Assembly (NCBI GenBank): GCA_043813365.1
Contig: JBDRLB010000073.1
Location: forward strand, 1 to 15,141
DNA length: 15,141 nucleotides
Source of the DNA: Candidatus Micrarchaeota archaeon
GTDB lineage: Archaea; Micrarchaeota; Micrarchaeia; Norongarragalinales; SBBD01
Direction of reading: 5' to 3'
Shown: in pieces, positions 6,639-15,140 of the stretch
How the letters are laid out: every line of letters starts with the position of its first letter
How positions within the stretch are numbered: the first letter of the stretch is position 1
Program-made: the position numbers and the translations under genes
The notes under the pieces: model-generated
Told to the model about the DNA's origin: nothing
Databases searched by the model: none
What the model saw: the letters and a program-made list of their open reading frames with translations, nothing else

Positions 6639-9600
6639 TCATGCATCCAGCTTTTTCTCATCAGGGGGCTTCTTTTCCCCGGAAGGCTTTTCCTCAGCTG
6701 CTTTTTCCGGCTCGGTCCCCTTTTCAGGCTCGGGCTTCTTTTCCTCCGGCTGTTTTTCCGGTTCCGGCTCCTTATCCGGCTCAACCTGTTTTTCCACCTT
6801 CTTGTAAGGCAAATCGATGCTTCCAATCCCCCAATCAAGCACATCCTGCCTTCCGGAAGGCTTCTCAAGCCGCTTCTTCTTCATGCTCAAGATTTTCTGG
6901 TCGAGCGACTCGATGTATATTTCAACTATATTGAATGCGCCCTTCTTAACTTTATCCCTCGCAAGGTTGATTTCGAGCTCGAGGTCGAGGACGTCCATTC
7001 CGGATTCGCGCAGTCTCTCCATCTCCTGCTCCAGCGACTCGACTTTGTTGTTGTATTTCTCATACTGGTCGAGTTCCGTGTCCGAAAGGCGCATCACATT
7101 GTGCAGCAATGGCCTGAAGGAAACGAAGTACGGCTGGCCGTTGTTGTATTCGGAGTTCTGCATCATGCCCGAGCCGATGCTCTCCTTCACGATGGAGCGT
7201 GCCGCATCCTCCCCGTACTTGAGCTTGAGGCGCTCGAGGTCTCCCTCGTATTTCGTCCGCATCTGTATTTCGGTGCCGATGTTCGCCTTTATCTCTCCCA
7301 CGAAATCGGAAAGCACCTGTGAGATGAGCACCATGCCGACTCCCCATTTCCTGAATTCACGCGCGCCCCTCTCGATCTGGATGAAGCCTTCGCCATGGCC
7401 GCCGAACTTCGTCAGCAGCCTGTGCACCTCATCGTAGACGCAAAGCATCTTCAATTGCGGGGATTCGGGCAAACCAGCTGCAAATACCTGTTTCACGGTG
7501 TTGGCGATGAATGTCTCATGGTCAGCAAGGGAAAGCTTGTTCATCACGAAAACGGTGATTTCGCCGGGCTTCATGAGCTTCTTGATGTCAATTGGCATGT
7601 TCGGATCCCTTACTACGTAAATGTTGCCCTTGAATGCGCGCGCCTCGTCCGTGTTCATCCCGAACTTCTTGAAGCTCATGAGCATGTCACGGTTCTTCTG
7701 AGGCCTCAGGTAGCCAGTCCATTGCGCAGTCGGGTCGAAAACCAGCACGGCAGTGTTCTTCTGGAGTGCCTCCTCCACGATTACCTGTGCGGCAACTGTT
7801 TTTCCGGAGCCGGTTGCGCCTGCAATGAGCGTGTGCGTCTGCAGCTTGTCAGCAGGGACGAATGCACGCACCTTCGTTTCTGCAATAAGGCCCAGATAGC
7901 CGGCTCGTGGCCCAGGTTCGGGCAGCTTTGTGAAATCAACTTTCGCAACGTACCTGCGTTTCTTCTTCGCGGTAGTGTATTGCCGGTAATAAGTGAACCC
8001 GGATGCGAGCAGGACGATGATGAGGGGGATGAATTGCCATACGGAAAGCATGCCAAACAGCTTCGCACTCCAGAGGGATGCCTGCACCTTCACGTAAGTG
8101 ATGGCCGAAAGCTCCTTCTTCTTCACGGATTCGCCGGAAGTGTATTCATAGATGCCGCGCACCACATACCTTCCATTGCGCACCTGGGATGGCACCTTGA
8201 TTGATTTTATGCTGTTGTAAGTGGTTTCGAAATTCACGGGCTCGGGATCCTTCCTCTCCAATACGATGTCGGCAACGGGATCGACCAGCTCCAGTACCAG
8301 GTTGCCCTTGATTTCCTTTGTCTCGCCCATGTTATAGAGGTTTACCTCGACCCGGAGCGTTTCGCCGGGATCGAGCGAATCAACAAGAGGCTGCAGCCGC
8401 ATGTCTATTGCGCGCTCCTCCCGCTGCTCAAGGATGCGGACCGTAATGGGAATGGTGACTTTCCCGACTTCGTTTATCAGCTGCAGTTCGCCGAAGTAAT
8501 TGCCCGACTTTGCCGAGTCGGGCGCGGATGCGAAAACAAGCAGGTCGGTCTCATGCAGGATGTTGAGCCGGAATTTCGTCCTTGCAACGCTGATGAACGG
8601 GGCTGCGGAGCCCGAGAGCTTCACCTCGATTTCAGAGGAGAAGTTGAGGCCGTTCTTGAGGTGGATGGAGGATTGCAGCTCCTCGCCGGGGTAAAGCTCG
8701 AAAATCAGGGACTGCACACCGGTCTCAAGCCCGGTTTCCTTTGTCTTATTATCCTGAAGGAGCTTCTTGAGCTCCTCAATTTGCGCGCTCACGTTGTCGG
8801 ATTTGGGCTCGGGAGTTGGTAGCGGTGTGGGGGCTGGGTAATAGTTGCTGCCGGAACTGCTAGAAGAACCGCCGCTCGGGGGTATGACTATTGTGGTGGG
8901 GGTTGGGGTGGGAATTGTGTACTGCACAAGAGCAAACGCGTGCGTTGTGTTGGCGAACGAGCTGAAGTTCGCGGAAATGATATTGGAGATCGTGTTCAGT
9001 GTCGCATTCGTGAGATGGGACCAGCTCTGAATGCAGGTCCGTGTTGCAAACGTGTAATTAGTGCATTGGTAAATCCGGAGGACGGATTCGTCGGTTATGC
9101 TTGCAAGCAGGGTCGCGTACTCGATGATGATGGTGCCGTTGGAAGGCATTTCAGATATGACTCCGAAGCCTGCTTTTGCCCCCAATATCTGCGAGCTGAT
9201 GTCGGAACCTGAGAAATTATCGAGCGTTATGAAACTTTGGTTGATGGTGAAGAAGTTCACATCCGATACGGTGACATTGTAGAAGAGGAATTTCATCCCT
9301 ACGGTGTAGGTTTTTGCCCTCAGGGTTTTGCTGTAATAGCCGCTTCCGTTCGTGCTGAAATTATCGTAATTGCCCTCGGTAACGTTCGTTATGGAGAAAT
9401 TGGCCGGAATGGGGGAACCTTCAAGGTTCTCTATCTGGCCGGAGAACGTGCGCAAGAGGAATATCTGGAAATTACCGGTAAGGGAGGCGTTTGCATTCCC
9501 AGTCGTGTCATTTGTGATGTAGGTTATCAGATAGTTGCCGATATCGGTGAAATTGAACGTTTCGGAAAACAATTCAGAAGTGGAGTTGTAGGGCAGGGTG

Positions 9601-12600
9601 TAATTCGCGATTGTTGTGTTGGGAAGTGTGATCTGCGCGGTCGTGTTTGCAATCTGGTAGTTGTCCGTAGCGTTCACAACGAGAGTGATGTTCGTCGCAG
9701 TATCGGTATCATTGGATATCTCATATATCATCTGCGGCGCTGTGATGTCCCTGTAGAAAACTGCGGACGCACTGGTTGTATTCTTTACCAAGTAGCTTGT
9801 GCCAGTGGAGTAGTTGGCAACAATGGTCAGGTTATAGGAACGCGCATCCGCCAGGGATGGGGCGGAGCATGAAACCAGCGTCTCATTGCCGGAGGTAGTA
9901 TTGCTAATCAAGGTGCAGGGGGTGGAGTTGACGTACATGGTCCAGGTTGTATTGGAGGTGGTATTGTCGCCGCCAAAAATGAGCAGAAGGGTTTCATTGA
10001 TCGGGTCTCCTGCGATGACCTCAGCAGGCGCGGAGATGTTCAGTACCATCAATTCAACTGTGAAGGATCTGAAGGTTATGTTTACAATTGTGCTCGTGCT
10101 CGAATTTGATTCCGAGACGTTCAGGTACCCGACATAGCGCAGGTTGTTGTCCGGAGCTGTGAAATTAATCTCGATGCCATATGCCTGCGTGGTGTTCAGT
10201 CCCTTGGAGGCGTTCAGGAGGTTGGAGAAGGAAGTCATGTTCCCCGTAAGGGAGAAGGCGAAATTGAGCAGCGCATCGCCGGTTCCTATATTCGCGATTG
10301 CAGTGGTGTTGTCAACATGGGTTTCGCCGGAAATTCCATCTATTGTGAAAAGATTGGGGGAGAGCAGCCACGTGTTATTGTACGGGATCGTAAGGTTCGC
10401 CGTGAAGTTCCTTGAAATACCGCCGGAGGTAACGTTGACCGTGAAATTGCGGAAACCGGAAATGGCGCCGTAGGCTGCGGAGATGTTCATGCTGATGTTC
10501 GCAATTTCATTGAGCAATACGCTTCCTGAAGTTTGGTTGAAAGTAACTGAAAAGTTCGAATATGCGCTAGTATAACTAACGGAATAGCTCGTGATATTGT
10601 CATTCCCGATGGGGGTGATTGTGAACCATTCAGTCTGGTTGGTGCCGTGCTGCAGTGCAAGGGACGAGTTTGAAGCGGAAAGGCTGAAATCCGGGTTGGA
10701 GAGCACGGTTATCGTTATATTGGGGCCCCACACGGCCTCTATGGAGCCGTTTGGCTGCGTGAATGTCGCATTGGGGGTGAAATAATAAATGCCAAGCGAG
10801 CGCTGGCCTATTGTGATGTTGAACGTTGAAAGGTTGCGAGTGCTGCCATTAAGGAATGCGATTGTCTGGATGGGCTGGAAGCTCCAATTTGCGAGCGTGT
10901 CCACTGCTGAGGGATCGCGGGTGAACATCCCGGAGAGGTTCAGGGAATAAGCGTTGACCAGGTCCGTATTGTTGGTTGATATGTTGAGAAGTTTGTAGGA
11001 GTCGGCATCCTTCTGCACTCCCGAAACATTGGTGGAATTGCCGGAAATATTGAGTGAAGTCGTAGGTATGACCGTGAAGCTGAAGCCGGTGAAATTTTCC
11101 TGCCCTAAGGCATCCCTTATCTGGAACGAAACGTTATATACGCCGCTCTCATTTGTCGCATTGAAAAGCGCCCAGATCATCTGTATGTCCTTGCACGAGC
11201 CGCCGCAAATCGCAGGATTGAGCGTCTGGTTTACAACCCCAAAGGTTTCGTTGACATTGCCCGGCCGGGAGATATTGAAAATTGCTGAAGACATGTTCAA
11301 CCCATAGGATTCGTCATCCGTTGCAGTGACATTGAGGACAACGGATTGGTTGAATTCGATGTAGCTTCGGAGGAGTGTGCCCCAATAAGTTGATGCATTG
11401 CGGAATTGCGGGAACGCGTTCGTGATGTTGAAGTAAAGCACCGTCGAATTGGATGAGGGCAGGGCACTCGAATTTGCCATGGTTATCTGCACGGCGTACC
11501 CATATGTTATGTTCGCGATAGTCGAGCCTTGCTGGTAAATGTAGAAAATTGTTGAGGTGTTCTTGAGTGCTGTTACTGTCGAAGGATTTCCCGGTGCGGG
11601 CCCCTGGCCTTGTGCGCAGAATGTCTCAAATGTGGGCCCTCCTCCGATGCAGCTTGCCCTTCCGCCGTAATCAGAATAGGAGATGTCAAGGGTGATGTTG
11701 CTGTTCCCGGTATTGTTGATTGTGATCATGCCCAATACGCCCGATTCCTCCAGCCCGAATTCCTTAAGCTGGTTGCCGTAGGGGAGGTAATACCAGCTCA
11801 TGTTTGTAGGGACGTGCACCGTAATGGGGATCGTCTTGTTCGCATTGTAGCCTGAAATGTTTATTGAGCCGGTGTAATTGCCCGGCGGGTGGCCCCAGGG
11901 GATGCTGATATTCATGTAAATCGGGAAATCGACTCCCTCAGTTATGTTGGCAATGGACGAGGTGCTGAGCGATACCCATTCTGCTGGAAGCGTCCCGTTG
12001 ATGAAAGTAACCGAGAGGTTGACCAGCTTGATGTTGCCAGTTGAGTTGAGGTAGAATACGCTCACATTTTTCATCCCGTGCTGGGTTGTGAAGTTCATGA
12101 AATCAACCGCGTAAAGGGATGGCGACACGTTTACGGTGACGTTCACATAGGATGTGATGCCTTCGCCGGTTGTGATTTTCAGGAGGGCGGAAAACACGCC
12201 TGCAATGTAATCAAGGACGGAAACCAGAACCTCCAGCACGCCGGTTGTGCTTTCTGTAATCAACGACCATGAATCCGTAACGGGATCCCATGCCGCATCG
12301 CCCGAATCAATCGATATCCAGCCGCTTGGGATGGTGCTGTTGATTATGGTTACGGAAACGTTGGAGATGGGCGAATTGCCCGTGCTTGAGACGTTTACTT
12401 CAACGGTCTGGTTGGTGGAGAGTGTCTGGTTGATGACAGTGATGGTCGGAATGACCTCCATCTGGGGGTTTACGAAAATGCTCAAGTTCAGGTAGGTGCT
12501 TGTTGAATTCACACCGTTCACAATGTCATCGGCGGTTAAGTTGATCAGGCCGGAATACATGCCGGTGGTGTAGGGCGCGCTTAACAGCACATCCACCTGG

Positions 12601-15140
12601 AAAAAGCCCGTAAATGTCGGGAAAATAGTGCCCAACGACATGTCGGGGGTTATGGTCACCCAGGAAGAGTTCAGGGTTCCGGAAATCAGGGTAGGAGTTA
12701 CATTCGCAAGGTTGATGTTGCCGGTGTTCGTGACAGTCACAATGGTGGAGTTGACGGTGCTCAGGGAATCGGTGATGTTGAGGCTGATGACATCTATTGA
12801 CATGGAAGGCGTAGTGTCCACATTCAGGCGGGAGGTGTTCGTCATTGTTGTATTAGTCTGGTTGTTGTTCGTCCAATTTGCGTGCCAGGTAATTGTCCAT
12901 GAACCCGCTCCCAGGTTCCCAACAGTGATGTTGAAAGTTGCATAGCACGAATCATTGTATGGGAGGGAGGAGCTGCACGTTGTCGATAGGCGTTCAATAT
13001 TGACAGCAGCGGGTTTGGCAGTATAATTCAGGAATGGGTAGAACATGGTAGCGTTCTCGCGGTTCCTGAGAGTGACATTGTGTAGCAGCCATGTGTTCGC
13101 TGGAGTGTTTTCATCGAGGGAATACACCCATCCGTATGCAAGTGCCTCCTCGAAATAATTGATGAACGATGCAGAGGTAGCTTCCAGGAATGCGGATGAA
13201 TTTCCTACGGTTATATTCACGGAATAGTTGCCGCCCTTCAGTTCAGCTGGGAAGAGGAAGCCAACTGTGCAGTTCCCATTTAGCGTCGTGCAGCTCTTGG
13301 TCAAGGTTGAGCCGGTTAGGATGTTTGTAAGGTTAATGGAGGCGTTGCCGTTGGCTCCATGCATTGCAGTCGCATTTATCTCGTTGAGGAAGGCTGTGAC
13401 GGAACCGTTTGAGGAGAAAAGGATGCGGTATTTCATATAGCGCGCGGAGTTGTTCGCAACAATGGTGCCGGTCCGATCCGAAAGATTGACGTACGGAGAA
13501 TAGGTAATGTTATCAAAGGAAACAGCTGCCTGAACGATTAGGGAGGCGTTCGTGAATGTTGCCGAATCCCAGCTTATTTTCCAGAGGGCATTGTTGAACC
13601 CTGCATCCACCACGCGTTCAAATGAGCCGGAGGGGTAATAAGTGGTGTTTGCAGGCGCATCTGAGAAATCAAGGCTCATGTTCGCTGCCCAGTATGTGAT
13701 ATTGGCGTTGTTTCCGTTCAGGAAATCTGCGGCCGAAGTGTCAAAAGTGTAATTGCTTGCGCTGAGCATCCCGAATATCGCGGTCACGTTCAACTTACCG
13801 TTCTTGTCATAGGATTGGTTGGGGGAAAAGTAGCCTGCGCTGGTGTTGGCCCAGAATTGGAGCTGGAAGGTGCCATTGGAACCCAGATTGCCCGATGTAT
13901 CGTTCACGAAAACAACGTAATTGGCAATGCCTGCTGGATGGGAGGTTACATTGTAATAGCAATTGCCGCCCTCCCTTTGCATCGTAAAGTTGGCATAAGT
14001 CCCGTTGCCCCATTGGAGAATGCAGTTGTTGGTATTGAGCTCATTGAACGTGAAGTTGATGAACGCCCAATTTACATAGGTTCGGGAGTTGTTGCCTAAG
14101 GTGGGGGAAACCAGCGTTATATTCGCTGGCGTTACCGTATCGATGAACACATTCCGCGTTTCCGTTTTGTTCGAATTGGAGGCGGAATCGTTCATGAAAA
14201 CGTAGTACGAATAGCTTCCTTCTGAAAGGGAGGTTTTGTTGACATAGCAGTTGACGGAGGTGCAAGTTAGCGATTCGTTGGCGCCATTCCAGTTGAGGAT
14301 GGTTGCGTTGCGGTTGGCTTCTGTATATGTGACGTTGATGTAGAGCCAGTTGCGGGAGATGTTGGCATTGGTGTGGAGAGTTGGGGAGGCGAATTGCAGG
14401 AGCGGGTAAGTCGTGTCTACGGTTATGAAGAATTTGGCGCTGGAGTTGTAGTTGCTTGCGGAATCGTTCGCGAAAATAGAGTAATTCCAGTTCCCATCAG
14501 GCTGGTTTGTAAGGTTGAGGTAGCAGTTGTTCCCCACTCTTGTCATCGAAACGTTCTGAAGGGACGAATTCGACCACTGCACCCAGCAATTGTAGGGGTT
14601 CGTTTCAGAGAATGTGAAATTCAGGTACACCCAGCTGACATTGGCGGAAGCAAGATTCCCGAGTGTAGGCGTAACCGGCTGGAAGTTGGTCGGAGGGTTG
14701 CCATCCATTGATATGAAGAATGTGCCGTTCGCGTTTGTCAAGCCTGCTGAATCATTGACAATTATGGTGTAATTCCAGTCCCCATCTGGTTGTGCAGTTA
14801 GGTTGAGGTAGCAGTTGGCACCTATCCTTGTCATGGAGTAATTGGATAGGGAGCCGTTGTTGTACTGCAAGATGCAATTGTTGGGGTTGGTTTCTGTGAA
14901 TGTTGCGTTCACGTAAAGCCAGTTGTTGTTCGTAAACGAGTTGTTTTGCAAGGTGGGAAGGACCATATTGAGGTCGGATGGGGCGACCGTGTCGATGCTG
15001 ATGAAGAAGGTTCCGTTGGAATTGGAATTGCCGGTGGTGTCGTTCACAATTACGGTGTAGTTCCAGTCGCCATCGGGCTGGTTGGTGAGGTTGAGGTAGC
15101 AGTTGGTGCCTATCCTTGTCATGGAGTAATTGGATAGGGA
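6639..15140 (-). CDS. Giant cell-surface glycoprotein (tandem Ig-like domains) fused through one TM helix to a C-terminal HerA/VirB4-like (DUF87-type) ATPase; 5' end lies outside the window
   Basis: Uninterrupted frame of >2830 codons, open past ATG 15122 (upstream codons read SLSNYS, part of a repeat unit). N/T/S-rich beta-domain region, then P/T/S/G linker, TM plus basic stop-transfer, Walker A GATGSGKT, Walker B CVYDE and REFRKWGVGMVLISQ. Confidence 0.93.
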   Translation of the reverse strand, partial: SLSNYSMTRIGTNCYLNLTNQPDGDWNYTVIVNDTTGNSNSNGTFFISIDTVAPSDLNMVLPTLQNNSFTNNNWLYVNATFTETNPNNCILQYNNGSLSNYSMTRIGANCYLNLTAQPDGDWNYTIIVNDSAGLTNANGTFFISMDGNPPTNFQPVTPTLGNLASANVSWVYLNFTFSETNPYNCWVQWSNSSLQNVSMTRVGNNCYLNLTNQPDGNWNYSIFANDSASNYNSSAKFFITVDTTYPLLQFASPTLHTNANISRNWLYINVTYTEANRNATILNWNGANESLTCTSVNCYVNKTSLSEGSYSYYVFMNDSASNSNKTETRNVFIDTVTPANITLVSPTLGNNSRTYVNWAFINFTFNELNTNNCILQWGNGTYANFTMQREGGNCYYNVTSHPAGIANYVVFVNDTSGNLGSNGTFQLQFWANTSAGYFSPNQSYDKNGKLNVTAIFGMLSASNYTFDTSAADFLNGNNANITYWAANMSLDFSDAPANTTYYPSGSFERVVDAGFNNALWKISWDSATFTNASLIVQAAVSFDNITYSPYVNLSDRTGTIVANNSARYMKYRILFSSNGSVTAFLNEINATAMHGANGNASINLTNILTGSTLTKSCTTLNGNCTVGFLFPAELKGGNYSVNITVGNSSAFLEATSASFINYFEEALAYGWVYSLDENTPANTWLLHNVTLRNRENATMFYPFLNYTAKPAAVNIERLSTTCSSSLPYNDSCYATFNITVGNLGAGSWTITWHANWTNNNQTNTTMTNTSRLNVDTTPSMSIDVISLNITDSLSTVNSTIVTVTNTGNINLANVTPTLISGTLNSSWVTITPDMSLGTIFPTFTGFFQVDVLLSAPYTTGMYSGLINLTADDIVNGVNSTSTYLNLSIFVNPQMEVIPTITVINQTLSTNQTVEVNVSSTGNSPISNVSVTIINSTIPSGWISIDSGDAAWDPVTDSWSLITESTTGVLEVLVSVLDYIAGVFSALLKITTGEGITSYVNVTVNVSPSLYAVDFMNFTTQHGMKNVSVFYLNSTGNIKLVNLSVTFINGTLPAEWVSLSTSSIANITEGVDFPIYMNISIPWGHPPGNYTGSINISGYNANKTIPITVHVPTNMSWYYLPYGNQLKEFGLEESGVLGMITINNTGNSNITLDISYSDYGGRASCIGGGPTFETFCAQGQGPAPGNPSTVTALKNTSTIFYIYQQGSTIANITYGYAVQITMANSSALPSSNSTVLYFNITNAFPQFRNASTYWGTLLRSYIEFNQSVVLNVTATDDESYGLNMSSAIFNISRPGNVNETFGVVNQTLNPAICGGSCKDIQMIWALFNATNESGVYNVSFQIRDALGQENFTGFSFTVIPTTSLNISGNSTNVSGVQKDADSYKLLNISTNNTDLVNAYSLNLSGMFTRDPSAVDTLANWSFQPIQTIAFLNGSTRNLSTFNITIGQRSLGIYYFTPNATFTQPNGSIEAVWGPNITITVLSNPDFSLSASNSSLALQHGTNQTEWFTITPIGNDNITSYSVSYTSAYSNFSVTFNQTSGSVLLNEIANISMNISAAYGAISGFRNFTVNVTSGGISRNFTANLTIPYNNTWLLSPNLFTIDGISGETHVDNTTAIANIGTGDALLNFAFSLTGNMTSFSNLLNASKGLNTTQAYGIEINFTAPDNNLRYVGYLNVSESNSSTSTIVNITFRSFTVELMVLNISAPAEVIAGDPINETLLLIFGGDNTTSNTTWTMYVNSTPCTLISNTTSGNETLVSCSAPSLADARSYNLTIVANYSTGTSYLVKNTTSASAVFYRDITAPQMIYEISNDTDTATNITLVVNATDNYQIANTTAQITLPNTTIANYTLPYNSTSELFSETFNFTDIGNYLITYITNDTTGNANASLTGNFQIFLLRTFSGQIENLEGSPIPANFSITNVTEGNYDNFSTNGSGYYSKTLRAKTYTVGMKFLFYNVTVSDVNFFTINQSFITLDNFSGSDISSQILGAKAGFGVISEMPSNGTIIIEYATLLASITDESVLRIYQCTNYTFATRTCIQSWSHLTNATLNTISNIISANFSSFANTTHAFALVQYTIPTPTPTTIVIPPSGGSSSSSGSNYYPAPTPLPTPEPKSDNVSAQIEELKKLLQDNKTKETGLETGVQSLIFELYPGEELQSSIHLKNGLNFSSEIEVKLSGSAAPFISVARTKFRLNILHETDLLVFASAPDSAKSGNYFGELQLINEVGKVTIPITVRILEQREERAIDMRLQPLVDSLDPGETLRVEVNLYNMGETKEIKGNLVLELVDPVADIVLERKDPEPVNFETTYNSIKSIKVPSQVRNGRYVVRGIYEYTSGESVKKKELSAITYVKVQASLWSAKLFGMLSVWQFIPLIIVLLASGFTYYRQYTTAKKKRRYVAKVDFTKLPEPGPRAGYLGLIAETKVRAFVPADKLQTHTLIAGATGSGKTVAAQVIVEEALQKNTAVLVFDPTAQWTGYLRPQKNRDMLMSFKKFGMNTDEARAFKGNIYVVRDPNMPIDIKKLMKPGEITVFVMNKLSLADHETFIANTVKQVFAAGLPESPQLKMLCVYDEVHRLLTKFGGHGEGFIQIERGAREFRKWGVGMVLISQVLSDFVGEIKANIGTEIQMRTKYEGDLERLKLKYGEDAARSIVKESIGSGMMQNSEYNNGQPYFVSFRPLLHNVMRLSDTELDQYEKYNNKVESLEQEMERLRESGMDVLDLELEINLARDKVKKGAFNIVEIYIESLDQKILSMKKKRLEKPSGRQDVLDWGIGSIDLPYKKVEKQVEPDKEPEPEKQPEEKKPEPEKGTEPEKAAEEKPSGEKKPPDEKKLDA
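6642..6790 (-). repeat. Low-complexity E/K/P-rich C-terminal tail of the giant protein
   Basis: EPDKEPEPEKQPEEKKPEPEKGTEPEKAAEEKPSGEKKPPDEKK. Confidence 0.75.
7080..7900 (-). other. FtsK/HerA-superfamily P-loop ATPase domain (HerA/VirB4-like)
   Basis: HTLIAGATGSGKT (Walker A at 7820-7797), VLVFDPT, LCVYDEVH (Walker B at 7445-7422) and AREFRKWGVGMVLISQ (RKxG arginine finger plus conserved Q). Confidence 0.9.
7986..8051 (-). other. Single transmembrane helix of the giant protein (type I topology)
   Basis: MLSVWQFIPLIIVLLASGFTYY is followed by RQYTTAKKKRRY (positive-inside rule). Confidence 0.85.
8800..8915 (-). repeat. Pro/Thr/Ser/Gly-rich flexible linker
   Basis: PTPTPTTIVIPPSGGSSSSSGSNYYPAPTPLPTPEPKS. 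Confidence 0.8.
11703..12800 (-). repeat. Tandem ~110-114-aa Ig-like domains with an (N/S)TGN motif
   Basis: TNTGN (12731-12717), SSTGN (12389-12375), NSTGN (12047-12033) and NNTGN (11717-11703) are spaced 342, 342 and 330 nt. The first three units share a later (L/I)xxxW(V/I)(T/S) and G(M/V/N)(Y/F)(S/T)(G/A) pattern. Confidence 0.75.

Noticed and set aside
6635..6868. Upstream part of the 107-aa ORF 6545..6868
   Set aside because: Overlaps the low-complexity tail of the giant gene in another frame; only the last 29 codons are plausible.
4939..7900. HerA-Rad50/SMC DNA repair operon
   Set aside because: The coiled-coil protein has no Walker motifs, zinc hook or hinge; nurA and mre11 are absent; and the ATPase is membrane-fused without a HAS barrel.
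15120..15122. ATG 15122 as the true start of the giant gene
   Set aside because: It is an internal Met of the repeat (NYSMTR), the frame is open upstream and no signal peptide follows.
6817..15137. Many + strand ORFs (up to 269 aa) opposite the giant gene
   Set aside because: Fully antisense to a motif-bearing CDS, with no recognisable motifs of their own.
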